From Candidatus Bathyarchaeota archaeon (lineage in GTDB: Archaea; Thermoproteota; Bathyarchaeia; Bathyarchaeales; Bathycorpusculaceae): DNA of 64,000 nt. This document shows positions 41,081 to 50,903 of the stretch, piece after piece (the first letter of the stretch is position 1; the number at the start of each line of letters is the position of its first letter). The translations under genes were made by a program, and so were the position numbers. Location of the stretch: assembly GCA_963832745.1 (NCBI GenBank), contig CAWHVC010000001.1, positions 160,001 to 224,000 of the forward strand. Direction: 5' to 3'. The notes beneath the pieces were generated by a model. It was not told the origin of the DNA, did not search any database, and was given only the letters and a program-made list of their open reading frames with translations.

Positions 41081-42805
41081 TTAGTAACTCCGTTTTTCCG
41101 GGGCAAATCTGCCTACCCAAACAGGCTTAAAGCTCTCCTTAATCCCGCTTGGGCTTTCATGGATTAACGTATGTTTTAGCCATTGCTCATCGTTCCGTTC
41201 AGGGTAGTCACTGCGGAAGTGAGCGCCTCGGCTTTCGGTCCTTAGAAGCGCCGAATAAACAATAACTTCTGCAACCCTAAGCATGTTAGCCAATTCTTGG
41301 GCTTCTTGAAGTTCATAGTTAAAAATTTTTGATTTATTTCCTAACCCTACGTGTAGAAGTTGCCTGAGTTTTCTAATCTTTTCCAAGACGGCTGTAAGGT
41401 TTTCTTGATTCCTGAAAACGCTACATTGCTCCATCATCACGTTTTGCATGGCTTCACGTAACACTGCTACCTTCTCAGGTCCTTTGGATTCAAGCAGATT
41501 ATCGATTTTTTTTGTCGTCTTAATTTCGGCTTTAATCGGAAGAAGCTGAAACGCCTTACCACCTACATCTTTTTGCACAGTTAAACCGGTTCTGCTGCCA
41601 AAAACCACAAGGTCAATCAGGGAGTTACAACCTAAACGATTAGCTCCATGAACGCTCACACAGGCGCATTCTCCAACAGCATATAATCCTTCGACTGGTT
41701 CGGCTTTAATGTCTGCTAAAACGTGACCATTGACGTCTGTAGGGATTCCTCCCATCATGTAATGTGCTGTAGGCGCAACAGGTACCAAAGACTCCGCTGG
41801 GTCAATTCCCAAATAAGTCATGATAAACGACGTAATTTCGGGCAATTTCTGGTTTAAACGTTCTTTGCCAATGCCTCGTAAGTCAAGATGAACGTAGTCC
41901 TTTCCGTCAATTCCTCTGCCCTCACTGACTTCCCTTTCGATTGCTCTCGAAATGATGTCTCTTGGCGCCAAATCCTTCAAGGTTGGAGCGTAACGTTCCA
42001 TAAAAGCCTCACCCATACAGTTTCGCAAGATACCCCCTTCTGCCCTTGCAGCTTCACTAATCAGGATGCCTAACCCGTAGATACCTGTCGGGTGAAACTG
42101 CACAAACTCCATATCCATCAACGGCAAGCCTGAGTCAAGCGCCAAAGCAAAACCGTCGCCAGTTGAAGCGAAACCGTTGCTTGTTGTTTTGAAGATTTTT
42201 CCGCATCCTCCAGTAGCAAGTACGACTGCTTTAGCATGGAAAACCTGTGGTTCGGTGTCTGCTATGTTGTATCCTGCGGCGCCGCAGCAGTGATTGCCTG
42301 AGAAAAGCAGGTTTTGTATGAACACCTCATTATGGAAAGCTACTTCAGCTTGTAGGCATTGGTCATAGAGGGAATCCATGATGGTTCTGCCTGTTCGGTC
42401 TGAAGCATAGCAAGCGCGTTTTATTGGGGCTTCCCCAAAGTTTTTGGTGTGTCCTCCGAATCGGCGCTGTTCAATCTTACCTTGACCGTTTCGACTAAAG
42501 GGTACGCTCATGTGTTCGAGCTTGTAGATGGCGTTTGGCGCCTCCTTTGTCAAAACTTCTACAGCCTCTTGGTCAGCAAGGAAATCGCTGCCCTTTACGG
42601 TATCGTACATGTGCCATTCCCAATGGTCCTCTTCCTCGTTACCAAGAGCAGCGGCTATTCCACCTTGTGCAGCTACAGAATGGGAACGGGTAACATGCAC
42701 TTTACTGATAACCGCAACTCGACAATTCGGCGCTTTAGCAGTTAAGGCAGTGTACAAACCCGATATTCCGCCGCCGATAACAATAACGTCATACTGATGA
42801 ATCAT
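41081..42805 (-). CDS. sdhA: Succinate dehydrogenase/fumarate reductase flavoprotein subunit
   Basis: RSHSVAAQGG (covalent FAD His), QFHPT, LISEAARAEGG, HYMMGG, HGANRLGCNSL, ESRGAH. Confidence 0.94.
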   Translation of the reverse strand: MIHQYDVIVIGGGISGLYTALTAKAPNCRVAVISKVHVTRSHSVAAQGGIAAALGNEEEDHWEWHMYDTVKGSDFLADQEAVEVLTKEAPNAIYKLEHMSVPFSRNGQGKIEQRRFGGHTKNFGEAPIKRACYASDRTGRTIMDSLYDQCLQAEVAFHNEVFIQNLLFSGNHCCGAAGYNIADTEPQVFHAKAVVLATGGCGKIFKTTSNGFASTGDGFALALDSGLPLMDMEFVQFHPTGIYGLGILISEAARAEGGILRNCMGEAFMERYAPTLKDLAPRDIISRAIEREVSEGRGIDGKDYVHLDLRGIGKERLNQKLPEITSFIMTYLGIDPAESLVPVAPTAHYMMGGIPTDVNGHVLADIKAEPVEGLYAVGECACVSVHGANRLGCNSLIDLVVFGSRTGLTVQKDVGGKAFQLLPIKAEIKTTKKIDNLLESKGPEKVAVLREAMQNVMMEQCSVFRNQENLTAVLEKIRKLRQLLHVGLGNKSKIFNYELQEAQELANMLRVAEVIVYSALLRTESRGAHFRSDYPERNDEQWLKHTLIHESPSGIKESFKPVWVGRFAPEKRSY

Positions 42806-42862
42806 ACTAGTTATCTTACTTCTAAAGAAAATAAAAGAATAACCAAAAAACGTGGCGTAAAT

Positions 42863-43669
42863 CTAAATCTCAAACTTTTCAATTATACGATTTTCTTTTT
42901 CTCCCGTAATTTCGGCAACAACATGGAAAAACTGTTCCAAGCCCGAGTTGACAATTCTTGGTTTAAGCAACTCGTCAATTTGAAAGACTCCGGCTGAATT
43001 GCTCATTGTGATGTGGATAACGATGGGTTTAGGTTTTCCGTCGTCTGGCACTATTACGTCAACTTTTTCAATGGATAATGCTGAAACGGCGTGGATGTCG
43101 ACTTTTCCTGCTTGGAATGGGATGCGTGCGCGTCCGGCTTCCATGTCTAAGGCGTCGGCGATGCCTACGATGCCGGCTTCTTTAGTTAGAATTTTTTTTG
43201 AACCAGGTATTTCTGGTACTTCATGAGAAACGATGGCGTGCAGAACCTCTGAAGTTATGACTGTGCGTTCTTCTTCATTGTAGGTTGGCGTTAACAGGTT
43301 ATCAATAACGTTTAAGGCAAGGAAGGCACTGTATTTTTCGTGTTCACGTCTTTGAACAATCATGCCCAAGTCATGTAGTATTGAGCCCAATACTACTACG
43401 ACTTCAGCATCTTCATCGGTCATTTTGTAATTTTCAACTATGCTAGGTGAGATAATCTTCTTTTCAACGAGGACTCTAAGAAGTTTTAGGGCGATGTTTG
43501 CTACAATTTTTACGTGAGTTGGTCCATGATCAGTGTAACCCATACGTTCAATAGCCATAACGTTGGAGCATCTCCAGTACGTTTGTAGTGTCTTGTTTTC
43601 TTTGACTTTCTCCATGACCTGTTTCAGTTTAAGGTTGCTTCGGTAAGGTATGTTAAAAATGTATGACAC
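42863..43669 (-). CDS. HD domain phosphohydrolase (COG3294-like)
   Basis: DHGPTHVKIV, LHDLG, H...ADALDM..GRARIP. Confidence 0.88.
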   Translation of the reverse strand: MSYIFNIPYRSNLKLKQVMEKVKENKTLQTYWRCSNVMAIERMGYTDHGPTHVKIVANIALKLLRVLVEKKIISPSIVENYKMTDEDAEVVVVLGSILHDLGMIVQRREHEKYSAFLALNVIDNLLTPTYNEEERTVITSEVLHAIVSHEVPEIPGSKKILTKEAGIVGIADALDMEAGRARIPFQAGKVDIHAVSALSIEKVDVIVPDDGKPKPIVIHITMSNSAGVFQIDELLKPRIVNSGLEQFFHVVAEITGEKENRIIEKFEI

Positions 43670-43833
43670 GCCTATCAGTGCTCCATAGAAAGAGTATTAG
43701 GCGGTAAAGATTTAAACTTACAGTGTTAAGTCTTTTGACGCTTAGGTGTCCCTGCTAAATCTGCTGATTTCGATGAACACGCTTTTAAGGAACTAATCTA
43801 CATTCTTTTTAAATAATAATAGAGGTTTATCGT

Positions 43834-44139
43834 TTGGGAAAGAAAAAAGTCTTAAGCGAAGGCGCAATCGGCGAATTAGTCTATCCAGGACAAGGTGAAA
43901 TTCTAGGTGTAGTTACAAAACTGCTTGGTTTTGACAGAATCCAAGTCAAATGCCAAGACGGCAAAGAACGCCTCTGCCGTATCAGAGGCAAGATGAAGCG
44001 TCGCGTTTGGATCCGTGAAGGAGACATTGTTATCGTTGCACCTTGGGACTTCCAAACTGACACACGCGGCGATGTAGTTTGGCGTTATACTCATTCTCAA
44101 GCGGACACTCTTAGACGTAAGGGACTATTAACCCTATAA
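43834..44139 (+). CDS. eif1a: Translation initiation factor aIF-1A
   Basis: LGFDRIQVKCQDGKERLCRIRGKMKRRVWIREGD..IVAPWDFQ. Confidence 0.96.
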   Translation: MGKKKVLSEGAIGELVYPGQGEILGVVTKLLGFDRIQVKCQDGKERLCRIRGKMKRRVWIREGDIVIVAPWDFQTDTRGDVVWRYTHSQADTLRRKGLLTL

Positions 44140-44275
44140 TTTTTATCATACTTTCTGCTACCTTTTTAACCCAATTGTAGATAGCCCCCTTAGATTTTTT
44201 ATTTTTCTTCATTTGTCTTATTTCCTGTGGTCTGTTGCTTTAAATATCTGGGCAGTTATAGCATGGTGAACACGT

Positions 44276-45064
44276 ATGTCTAAGAAAGCTCATGAACGCC
44301 TTGCACACAACGAAAAACGTTTAGAACGCAGAGACAAAATGCTAGTCCACGACAAAGCAAACGAACGCGCAACAGTGGAGGAAGTCTTTGACCAAACCAC
44401 CCGCCTCATAGTTTTCGACCTACTTAATGACGGCATTCTTTACGAGGTTAACGGTGTCATCAGCTCAGGCAAGGAAGCACGTGTCTATTGGGGCATAAAC
44501 AAAGAAAACAAAGACTTAGCCGTAAAAATCTACCTAACCTCCTCAGCTGAATTCAAGAAAGGAATGCTCAAATACATAGAAGGCGACCCCCGTTTCAAAA
44601 ATGTCAAACGTGATACACGTTCGCTTATCGCGGTTTGGGCTCAAAAGGAATTCCGCAATTTAGAAGAATCTTGTCAAGCTAAAGTACGTGTTCCAAAACC
44701 TGTTGTTGTGAAAAGTAACGTGTTGGTTATGGAGTTCATCGGTGAAAAAGGAAACAGTGCACCATCACTAAAGGAGTCGCCGCCAAAAAATCCAGAACGC
44801 ATATACAAACAGTTGGTCAATAGTGTTAAGCGTCTTTACCAAAAAGCCAAACTGGTTCACGGAGATTTAAGTGAATATAACATTTTAATGTGGAAGGGAA
44901 ACCCAGTAATTATTGACATGTCCCAATCCGTCTCCATCGAGCATCCAATGGCCGATTTCATGTTAACAAGAGACCTAAATAATCTGAATAGGTTCTTTAG
45001 TAGGTTAAGAGTAAATGTTATCCCAGTTGAAGAATTGCATAAACAGGTTGTAGGAAAAAAGTAA
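44276..45064 (+). CDS. rio1: RIO1 serine/threonine kinase
   Basis: ISSGKEARVY, AVKIY, WAQKEFRNL, VHGDLSEYNIL, IIDMSQ. Confidence 0.94.
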   Translation: MSKKAHERLAHNEKRLERRDKMLVHDKANERATVEEVFDQTTRLIVFDLLNDGILYEVNGVISSGKEARVYWGINKENKDLAVKIYLTSSAEFKKGMLKYIEGDPRFKNVKRDTRSLIAVWAQKEFRNLEESCQAKVRVPKPVVVKSNVLVMEFIGEKGNSAPSLKESPPKNPERIYKQLVNSVKRLYQKAKLVHGDLSEYNILMWKGNPVIIDMSQSVSIEHPMADFMLTRDLNNLNRFFSRLRVNVIPVEELHKQVVGKK

Positions 45065-45645
45065 TGTCTAATCTAGATTCATTTGTCAGAATTCCACGAG
45101 AACGTGTTGGCACGCTTATAGGTCCTGAAGGAAAAGTAAAAAGCTACATTGAAGAACGAATGAAAGTAAAACTTGAAATTGACAGCGAAGACGGCGGCGT
45201 CACCATAATACTTGACGCGGCTCAAGATGACCCATCAATGCTGCTTAGAGCAAAAGACCTCATAACCGCCATAGGTAGAGGCTTTGCACCCGAAGTCGCC
45301 TTCAGATTAATCAGAAATGAAGACGACATTTTCGATATGGTTGATTTACGACTAGTATTCGGCCGTTCTGAAGCCGACATCAGACGTATAAAAAGCAGAA
45401 TTATCGGTTCGGAAGGTAAAACACGCCGGCTTATCGAAGAATTAACTGAAGCCAACGTTGTAGTTTACGGTCATACTGTCGGTATCATTGGTAACTTTGA
45501 AGAAGCTGATGCTGCCCGAAACGCGGTGCAAATGATTATTGAAGGATGCGAACATAAAACCGTTTACAGGTACTTGCAACGTAAACGTACTGAGATGAAA
45601 AAAGAAAAAATGCAACTCTGGGAAACACCACCAGAAAAAAGATAA
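45064..45645 (+). CDS. KH-domain rRNA-processing protein (Dim2/Pno1)
   Basis: RVGTLIGPEG, AIGRGF, RIIGSEGKTRRLIEE, VYGHTV; in the conserved aIF1A-rio1-KH cluster. Confidence 0.92.
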   Translation: MSNLDSFVRIPRERVGTLIGPEGKVKSYIEERMKVKLEIDSEDGGVTIILDAAQDDPSMLLRAKDLITAIGRGFAPEVAFRLIRNEDDIFDMVDLRLVFGRSEADIRRIKSRIIGSEGKTRRLIEELTEANVVVYGHTVGIIGNFEEADAARNAVQMIIEGCEHKTVYRYLQRKRTEMKKEKMQLWETPPEKR

Positions 45646-45673
45646 TTTTTCTTTTTTTCCATTCTTGTTTATT

Positions 45674-46318
45674 TTATTTTTTTGCATACTTGATTAGCGC
45701 TTCTATATCCTCTGATAGCAGTAGCGGCAAGACTTTTTTTATTTCACCATCAGGCCAATTCCACCATGCAATCTCTTGCAACGCATCAATATAATCCTGT
45801 GTAAACCGGTACTTGATTACTCGTGCAGGGTTACCACCGACCAAAGCGTAAGCTGGAACATCTTTAGTAACTAAGGAACCCATTGCAACAACCGCCCCAT
45901 TATGAACTATTATGCCTTCTTTGAAGAAAACGTTTGAGGCGACCCAAACGTCGTTTTCAATAACTATCGGCGTCGCCTCAATTTTATTCTCGTCTGGTTT
46001 GCCCTTATGCCAAAGTTTATCTTCAAAACCCCAAGCATCATAAAAATCGTAAAAAGGGTAAGTCGTGACCCACTCGTAATTGTGCTTGCCTAAAAACGAA
46101 AACATAATTCCTTCGCTTAAGGAACAGAAATTTCCTACTTTGCTGCCACGTGCCTTTCTTGCTAACCAAGGCATGGAACCCAAAAGATGGGGTTGTGGTC
46201 CATAACTGTGCCGTCCAAACGGGATTGTTAACGGCGGTTTCTCTGGAAAAACGGTTTTTTTAAAAAGTAAGAGTGGACTTAATAAATGATTTAACCTTTT
46301 AGAAAACAGGTCAATCAC
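45674..46318 (-). CDS. CatB/Vat-related hexapeptide O-acetyltransferase
   Basis: VTTYPF, IENDVWV, VTKDVPAYALVGGNPARVIKYRF, IAWWNW. Confidence 0.88.
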   Translation of the reverse strand: MIDLFSKRLNHLLSPLLLFKKTVFPEKPPLTIPFGRHSYGPQPHLLGSMPWLARKARGSKVGNFCSLSEGIMFSFLGKHNYEWVTTYPFYDFYDAWGFEDKLWHKGKPDENKIEATPIVIENDVWVASNVFFKEGIIVHNGAVVAMGSLVTKDVPAYALVGGNPARVIKYRFTQDYIDALQEIAWWNWPDGEIKKVLPLLLSEDIEALIKYAKK

Positions 46319-46535
46319 CTAACTGCCATTTTTTCTTATGATTAGCCTTTTTGGTGATTCTTTGCGAGTTTATGGTAGTGGGCTCTTTGCCATTTAACGT
46401 CTAAATTTTAGGCGTAAATGGTGGTATCGCACTCAAGATCCATATCATCCTACACGTCTTCGGGGCCAGAATCGTCATCGCCCACCAACCTGAAAAACAC
46501 AGGTTTAAACCATTAAACCTTTAGGTTAAAGAGGC

Positions 46536-47144
46536 TTATTGCACCCCTATCATTGCACCATACTGCGAGTAGACTTCCTTAATTAAGTCACCTGCTTTCG
46601 GGTTATCCCAATCATGCATCCACTCAGAAACTAATCCTTCAAGCGTTAAAGGGACCACACCAACCTGTAACATACGTTTGATTCCAAACTTGTGAGATTC
46701 AGGCGAAGAGTCACCCGCTGCATCCATTAACCCATAAACGTCAAAACCGGCCATAACAGCATGAATCGCCGTATATGTAAAGCACATGCTCGTCCACAAC
46801 CCTGCAAGGACAATCTTCTTTCTTTGCGTCTGTTTGACTGCATTCCAAGTGCTCTCGTCCTCAAAGGCATCAAAGCTTGGAACTTTACGTGCAAACACCT
46901 GTTGGTTGGGAAATAGCCGAGTTATGTCTTTAATGAATTCGCCGTTATAGTCTGGATTAATTGAGGATAAAACAACTGGAACGTTCAAGATTTTGGCGGC
47001 TTTAGCAGCGCAGACAGCAGCGGTCTTTATCACCGTCTTGTTGCTTGAGCCTATGCTTTTGAGCATTGATGGCTGAAAATCAATTAATGCTAATACACTA
47101 TTGTATGGCGTCAAAAAGTCTAATTTTCCATTTCTTGTCTCCAC
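46536..47144 (-). CDS. Isochorismatase family hydrolase (YcaC-like)
   Basis: LALIDFQP, SFDAF, LAGLWTSMC, DAAGD. Confidence 0.88.
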   Translation of the reverse strand: METRNGKLDFLTPYNSVLALIDFQPSMLKSIGSSNKTVIKTAAVCAAKAAKILNVPVVLSSINPDYNGEFIKDITRLFPNQQVFARKVPSFDAFEDESTWNAVKQTQRKKIVLAGLWTSMCFTYTAIHAVMAGFDVYGLMDAAGDSSPESHKFGIKRMLQVGVVPLTLEGLVSEWMHDWDNPKAGDLIKEVYSQYGAMIGVQ

Positions 47145-47207
47145 AAGAAAGCACCATTAGAGTGAATCGTGAGAGAATATTTAAAAAGTTGTTTCAAGCG
47201 CAAACTG

Positions 47208-47774
47208 TTAGAGTTTAACGCTTATTTCTAAACCGTCATTGCCGACACCGACATAACGGCTGCTATACTTGCCTGAAGTACGAACGTAATCCAAGTATTG
47301 TTTCATTTCAGCCGGAAACTTGCCAGCATTATCTGCGATGATAACTGCGCCTTTCCACAGTTTGTCTTCAATCAGCTTAAGATATTGAAAGTATTCATCT
47401 TTAGCTGCGTCAAGGAAAACAAAGTCAAAGCAGCAAGCCAGTGTTGGTATTACTTCATTGGCATCGCCGCCGATTACTTGAACGTCAACCTCAATTTCTG
47501 ACTGCCGAATGTTGTCTTTGGCTACTTCGGCTTCATCTAAATGTTCCTCTATGGTTACGAACCTTGCGCTCTTTTCCAGTTCACGACCAATCAAGATTGT
47601 TGAGTAGCCAATGAAAGTGCCCACTTCAAGAACATTTTTTGGATTTACTTTTCTAACTTCTTCAACCAAAACTTTTCCTTTGGCTGGTCCAACAATTGGA
47701 AGGAACTCTACGACTGCAATATCTGCAATTTCATTTAACAGTTGATCAGCTTTACTTAAGGGGTTTTTTGACAT
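47208..47774 (-). CDS. SAM-dependent O-methyltransferase (Methyltransf_3-like)
   Basis: VLEVGTFIGYS, FDFVFLDAAK..Y, IIADN. Confidence 0.9.
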   Translation of the reverse strand: MSKNPLSKADQLLNEIADIAVVEFLPIVGPAKGKVLVEEVRKVNPKNVLEVGTFIGYSTILIGRELEKSARFVTIEEHLDEAEVAKDNIRQSEIEVDVQVIGGDANEVIPTLACCFDFVFLDAAKDEYFQYLKLIEDKLWKGAVIIADNAGKFPAEMKQYLDYVRTSGKYSSRYVGVGNDGLEISVKL

Positions 47775-48328
47775 TACTGAGGCACCTTCAGCTTATCAAA
47801 GAACCTTTGTTGTAGCTTTGCAATTTTTGGTGCAATCACTACTTGACAATATGGTTCTTTGGGATGCTTCTTATAGTAGTCCTTATGAAAATCTTCAGCC
47901 TTATAAAAGATTTTCAGTGGTTCAACACTAGTTATGATGGGCTTATCGAAGATTCCTTCACGATTTAACTCAGCGATTAATTTTTCAGCGGTAGCTTTCT
48001 GCTTTTGGTCTTGATAAAAAATCGCCGAGCGATACTGAGACCCTACATCAGGTCCCTGACGATCAACCGTTGTTGGGTCATGAACTACAAAGAAAATCTC
48101 CAAAATCTCACGGTAACTAATCACTTGAGGATCAAACGTTATCTGAGCCGCTTCAGCGTGACCTGTGGTCCCATGGCTAACCTCTTCATACGTTGGATTA
48201 GACAAGGTACCACCTGTATAGCCAGGTTCAACCCTAACAACACCCCGTATAATGCTAAAAGCCGATTCCAAACACCAAAAACATCCAGCAGCCAACGTTG
48301 CTATCTCAAACCCTGTTTTTTCACCCAT
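47774..48328 (-). CDS. msrA: Peptide-methionine (S)-S-oxide reductase
   Basis: AGCFWC, GYTGG, TGHAE, HDPT, QYRSAIF, AEDFH..Y. Confidence 0.95.
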   Translation of the reverse strand: MGEKTGFEIATLAAGCFWCLESAFSIIRGVVRVEPGYTGGTLSNPTYEEVSHGTTGHAEAAQITFDPQVISYREILEIFFVVHDPTTVDRQGPDVGSQYRSAIFYQDQKQKATAEKLIAELNREGIFDKPIITSVEPLKIFYKAEDFHKDYYKKHPKEPYCQVVIAPKIAKLQQRFFDKLKVPQ

Positions 48329-48457
48329 CCATTTAACCTCAAAAGTAAGAATAAATACAGTTCAATTTTAGAACGCTATAAACTTACTGCTCACCTTTAT
48401 CATGTTGGAGCTATATTTTTAACTTCAAAAATTAATTGCTTAAACAAGGAAACAACC

Positions 48458-49456
48458 ATGAAACGCCAAGTAAGCACACTTGATCAAATCCACGTAACGC
48501 CCTTGGCTTCTGAAAGTTTCGGCGCCCGCTCCATGTGTACTCTTGTAGAAACCCCAGATGTCACTGTGCTTTTAGATGCCGGTATCTCTCTTTGTCCTTG
48601 GCGGTTTAATCTGCCACCGCATCCCATTGAATTCCAAACTATTCAGGCTCTTAGAAAGAAAATCGCTGAAGCCGCTGACAAAGCTCAAATCGTTACTGTT
48701 AGTCATTACCATTATGACCATCACACGCCATCCTTTGAAGATTGGGTAGTAAATTGGACTGCTCAAACAGAAACCGCACGCCAAATCTATCAAGATAAAA
48801 CCCTGCTTATCAAAAACCCCAAAGAGAACATTAACGCCAGCCAACGTGAACGAGCTTGGAATTTTTTAAAAACAGGTGCAAAACATGCCAAGACCGTGAA
48901 CGATGCAGACGGCAAAGTTTTTTCCTATGACAGCACTTTGTTGCGTTTTTCTGAGGCAGTTGCGCATGGTGAGGACAAGTCCATGCTGGGTTACGTAGTA
49001 ATGGTTACAATCGAATACGGCGATGAACGATTCATGTTTGCTCCTGACGTTCAAGGTCCAATGTCAAATCATACCTTGCAGTTAATCCTGGATTCTCAAC
49101 CGTCACTACTTATGCTTGGAGGTCCACCGTTTTATCTCGCAGGGTTTCGCGTAAACGAGTTAGCACTTCAAAATGCTGCAAAAAACATTAAAGCTCTCGT
49201 GCAATCAGTGCCTTTAATTATTCTGGAACATCACACGCTTAGAGACGAATCATGGAAACAAAAGCTTGCCCCAATCGAGGAACAAGCAAAGCAAGCAGGT
49301 CATGAACTTTTTACTGCTGCAGAGTTTGCTGGTGAAGAAAACCGTTTTTTGGAATCCAACCGCAAAAAGCTGTTTAAGGATTTTCCGCCTTCAAAAGAGT
49401 TTCAACTTTGGACAAAGACTCTGAACAGCAAGGTCATTAGCAAACCGCCTATTTAG
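48458..49456 (+). CDS. Metallo-beta-lactamase-fold hydrolase (UPF0282-like)
   Basis: PLASESFGARSM, SHYHYDHH, DVQGP, EHHTLRD. Start ATG 48458; the ORF-track extension overlaps msrA. Confidence 0.88.
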   Translation: MKRQVSTLDQIHVTPLASESFGARSMCTLVETPDVTVLLDAGISLCPWRFNLPPHPIEFQTIQALRKKIAEAADKAQIVTVSHYHYDHHTPSFEDWVVNWTAQTETARQIYQDKTLLIKNPKENINASQRERAWNFLKTGAKHAKTVNDADGKVFSYDSTLLRFSEAVAHGEDKSMLGYVVMVTIEYGDERFMFAPDVQGPMSNHTLQLILDSQPSLLMLGGPPFYLAGFRVNELALQNAAKNIKALVQSVPLIILEHHTLRDESWKQKLAPIEEQAKQAGHELFTAAEFAGEENRFLESNRKKLFKDFPPSKEFQLWTKTLNSKVISKPPI

Positions 49457-49747
49457 GAAGGTTTGAGCAGTTGTCTTTATAGCATGTAATAAGCTTGTAG
49501 CTGTATTGTTCGTCAGTATTTGTAGGTAACATTACGCACAATAATTCTTATCTGGAAAACACGTATCTTAAGTCACACGAAAAATAAAGAACAAACAGAA
49601 ATTACTTTGCACAATTCAGGCTTGCTACAGCTAAAAACGAAAAAATGTGGTTTAATATTACGTATTTTAACTAAAGAGCATGTTTTCATAAGGTGTTTAA
49701 ATGAAGTTTGCTATTTGTGTGTCTGTACGACTCGGAGGAAAAAGTAA

Positions 49748-49933
49748 TTGAAGCAAATAGCGGTTAATCAAAAAGAGCGAAAAGAACTCGAAGCTAAATT
49801 AGCTGACGTGTTCACGGGAAAAATGGGTGAACTTTCGACAGAATTGCAGGAAATATTGCTAGATGACCTGGTCACTGCATTCGAAAATAGAATAAATGTG
49901 TTAAATCGCATCGCCGGAAACGCTGATAACTGA
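49748..49933 (+). CDS. Small hypothetical protein
   Basis: GGAGGA SD, TTG start, 61-aa helical protein (ILLDDLVTAFENRI). Confidence 0.65.
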   Translation: MKQIAVNQKERKELEAKLADVFTGKMGELSTELQEILLDDLVTAFENRINVLNRIAGNADN

Positions 49934-50022
49934 AGTTGCCGCATGGAAAAAGTACTGATTAGTAATACATAAAGCCTTTATATTAAAAACACGGATTTGT
50001 GTTCAACAAAGAGGATCTTTGC

Positions 50023-50316
50023 ATGCGACGTTCAAAACTCGAAATGTATGTTGACATCCTGAAGGTACTGGCTCATCGGGGTCCATTAAAGCTGACTCAT
50101 GTAATGTACAAGGCCAACGTTAACTGCAGTGTACTCAAAGAATACTTGGATTTCCTGATCAAGCAAGGCTTGGTTGAAGAACGCACTATTGGTAAACGCC
50201 GTGTGGTGTATGCCGTCACACAACGTGGAATTACAGTGTTGAAGTATTTCAGAGAACTAAAGCAAGTGCTGCCAATCGTTGAAGAAGCGCGTAATTTAGC
50301 TCCAGTTCCCTTCTAA
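50023..50316 (+). CDS. Archaeal winged-helix transcriptional regulator (HTH_45-like)
   Basis: MRRSKLEMYVDILKVL...LTHVMYKANVN...YLDFL...YAVTQRG. Confidence 0.88.
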   Translation: MRRSKLEMYVDILKVLAHRGPLKLTHVMYKANVNCSVLKEYLDFLIKQGLVEERTIGKRRVVYAVTQRGITVLKYFRELKQVLPIVEEARNLAPVPF

Positions 50317-50517
50317 TCTCAATTTTTCTTCTACCCCCACAACTTTATTTCCATTTTTATTCATGTTCCGAATCGAATCAAAATGTCTTGATTGCCGCTG
50401 TTTTCGACCAGTTTTTGTAGTTCAACAATAGTTATTTATGTTTCGTAAGACTTAATAAACACTTATTTGTTACTGAACTGTATACTTGAAAAACAAATAC
50501 ACTCGGGGAGAACTTGG

Positions 50518-50898
50518 TTGAGCAAAGAAGAAGTGTTAGGAAAAAAACCTCTCGTAATTCTAGAGAAAATAAAAGAAAACCTCGAGAGACTTAACGAGAA
50601 AATCGAAGTAATGATTGAAATCCAGAAAAACGGCAACAGCAAAAAAGAAACTCCAATGATTCCCGACGCCTCACTCGACGTAATGACACTGCTTAATATG
50701 CCAGACCACCTCCGAAAAACAGCGATGACCATCTGCAGAAACGGTCGTGCAACAGCAGAAGAAATTTCTGAACAAACAAACCGAGCCCGAGCAGTAGAAA
50801 GCGCTTACCTAAATCAACTGGTAATCATGGGTTACCTTAAAAAAGAACGTAAAGGTAGAAAAGCATACTTCTTCGTTGATAGAGAATCACAGAGCTGA
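50518..50898 (+). CDS. Coiled-coil + winged-helix DNA-binding protein
   Basis: TTG start. N-terminal heptads (LEKIKENLERLNEKIE) and C-terminal ATAEEISEQTNRARAVESAYLNQLVIMGYLKKERKGRKAYF. Confidence 0.82.
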   Translation: MSKEEVLGKKPLVILEKIKENLERLNEKIEVMIEIQKNGNSKKETPMIPDASLDVMTLLNMPDHLRKTAMTICRNGRATAEEISEQTNRARAVESAYLNQLVIMGYLKKERKGRKAYFFVDRESQS

Positions 50899-50903
50899 AT
50901 GTC

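Noticed and set aside
45674-46318. Chloramphenicol or streptogramin resistance gene
   Set aside because: The CatB/Vat-like fold is shared with many sugar O-acetyltransferases, and the substrate cannot be inferred from motifs.
46400-46490. Fluoride riboswitch (GGCGAUG start on the minus strand)
   Set aside because: The downstream pseudoknot and conserved 3' elements are missing, and no fluoride-related gene follows.
48005-48457. 151-aa N-terminal extension of the MBL hydrolase
   Set aside because: It overlaps msrA on the opposite strand; family similarity begins at ATG 48458.
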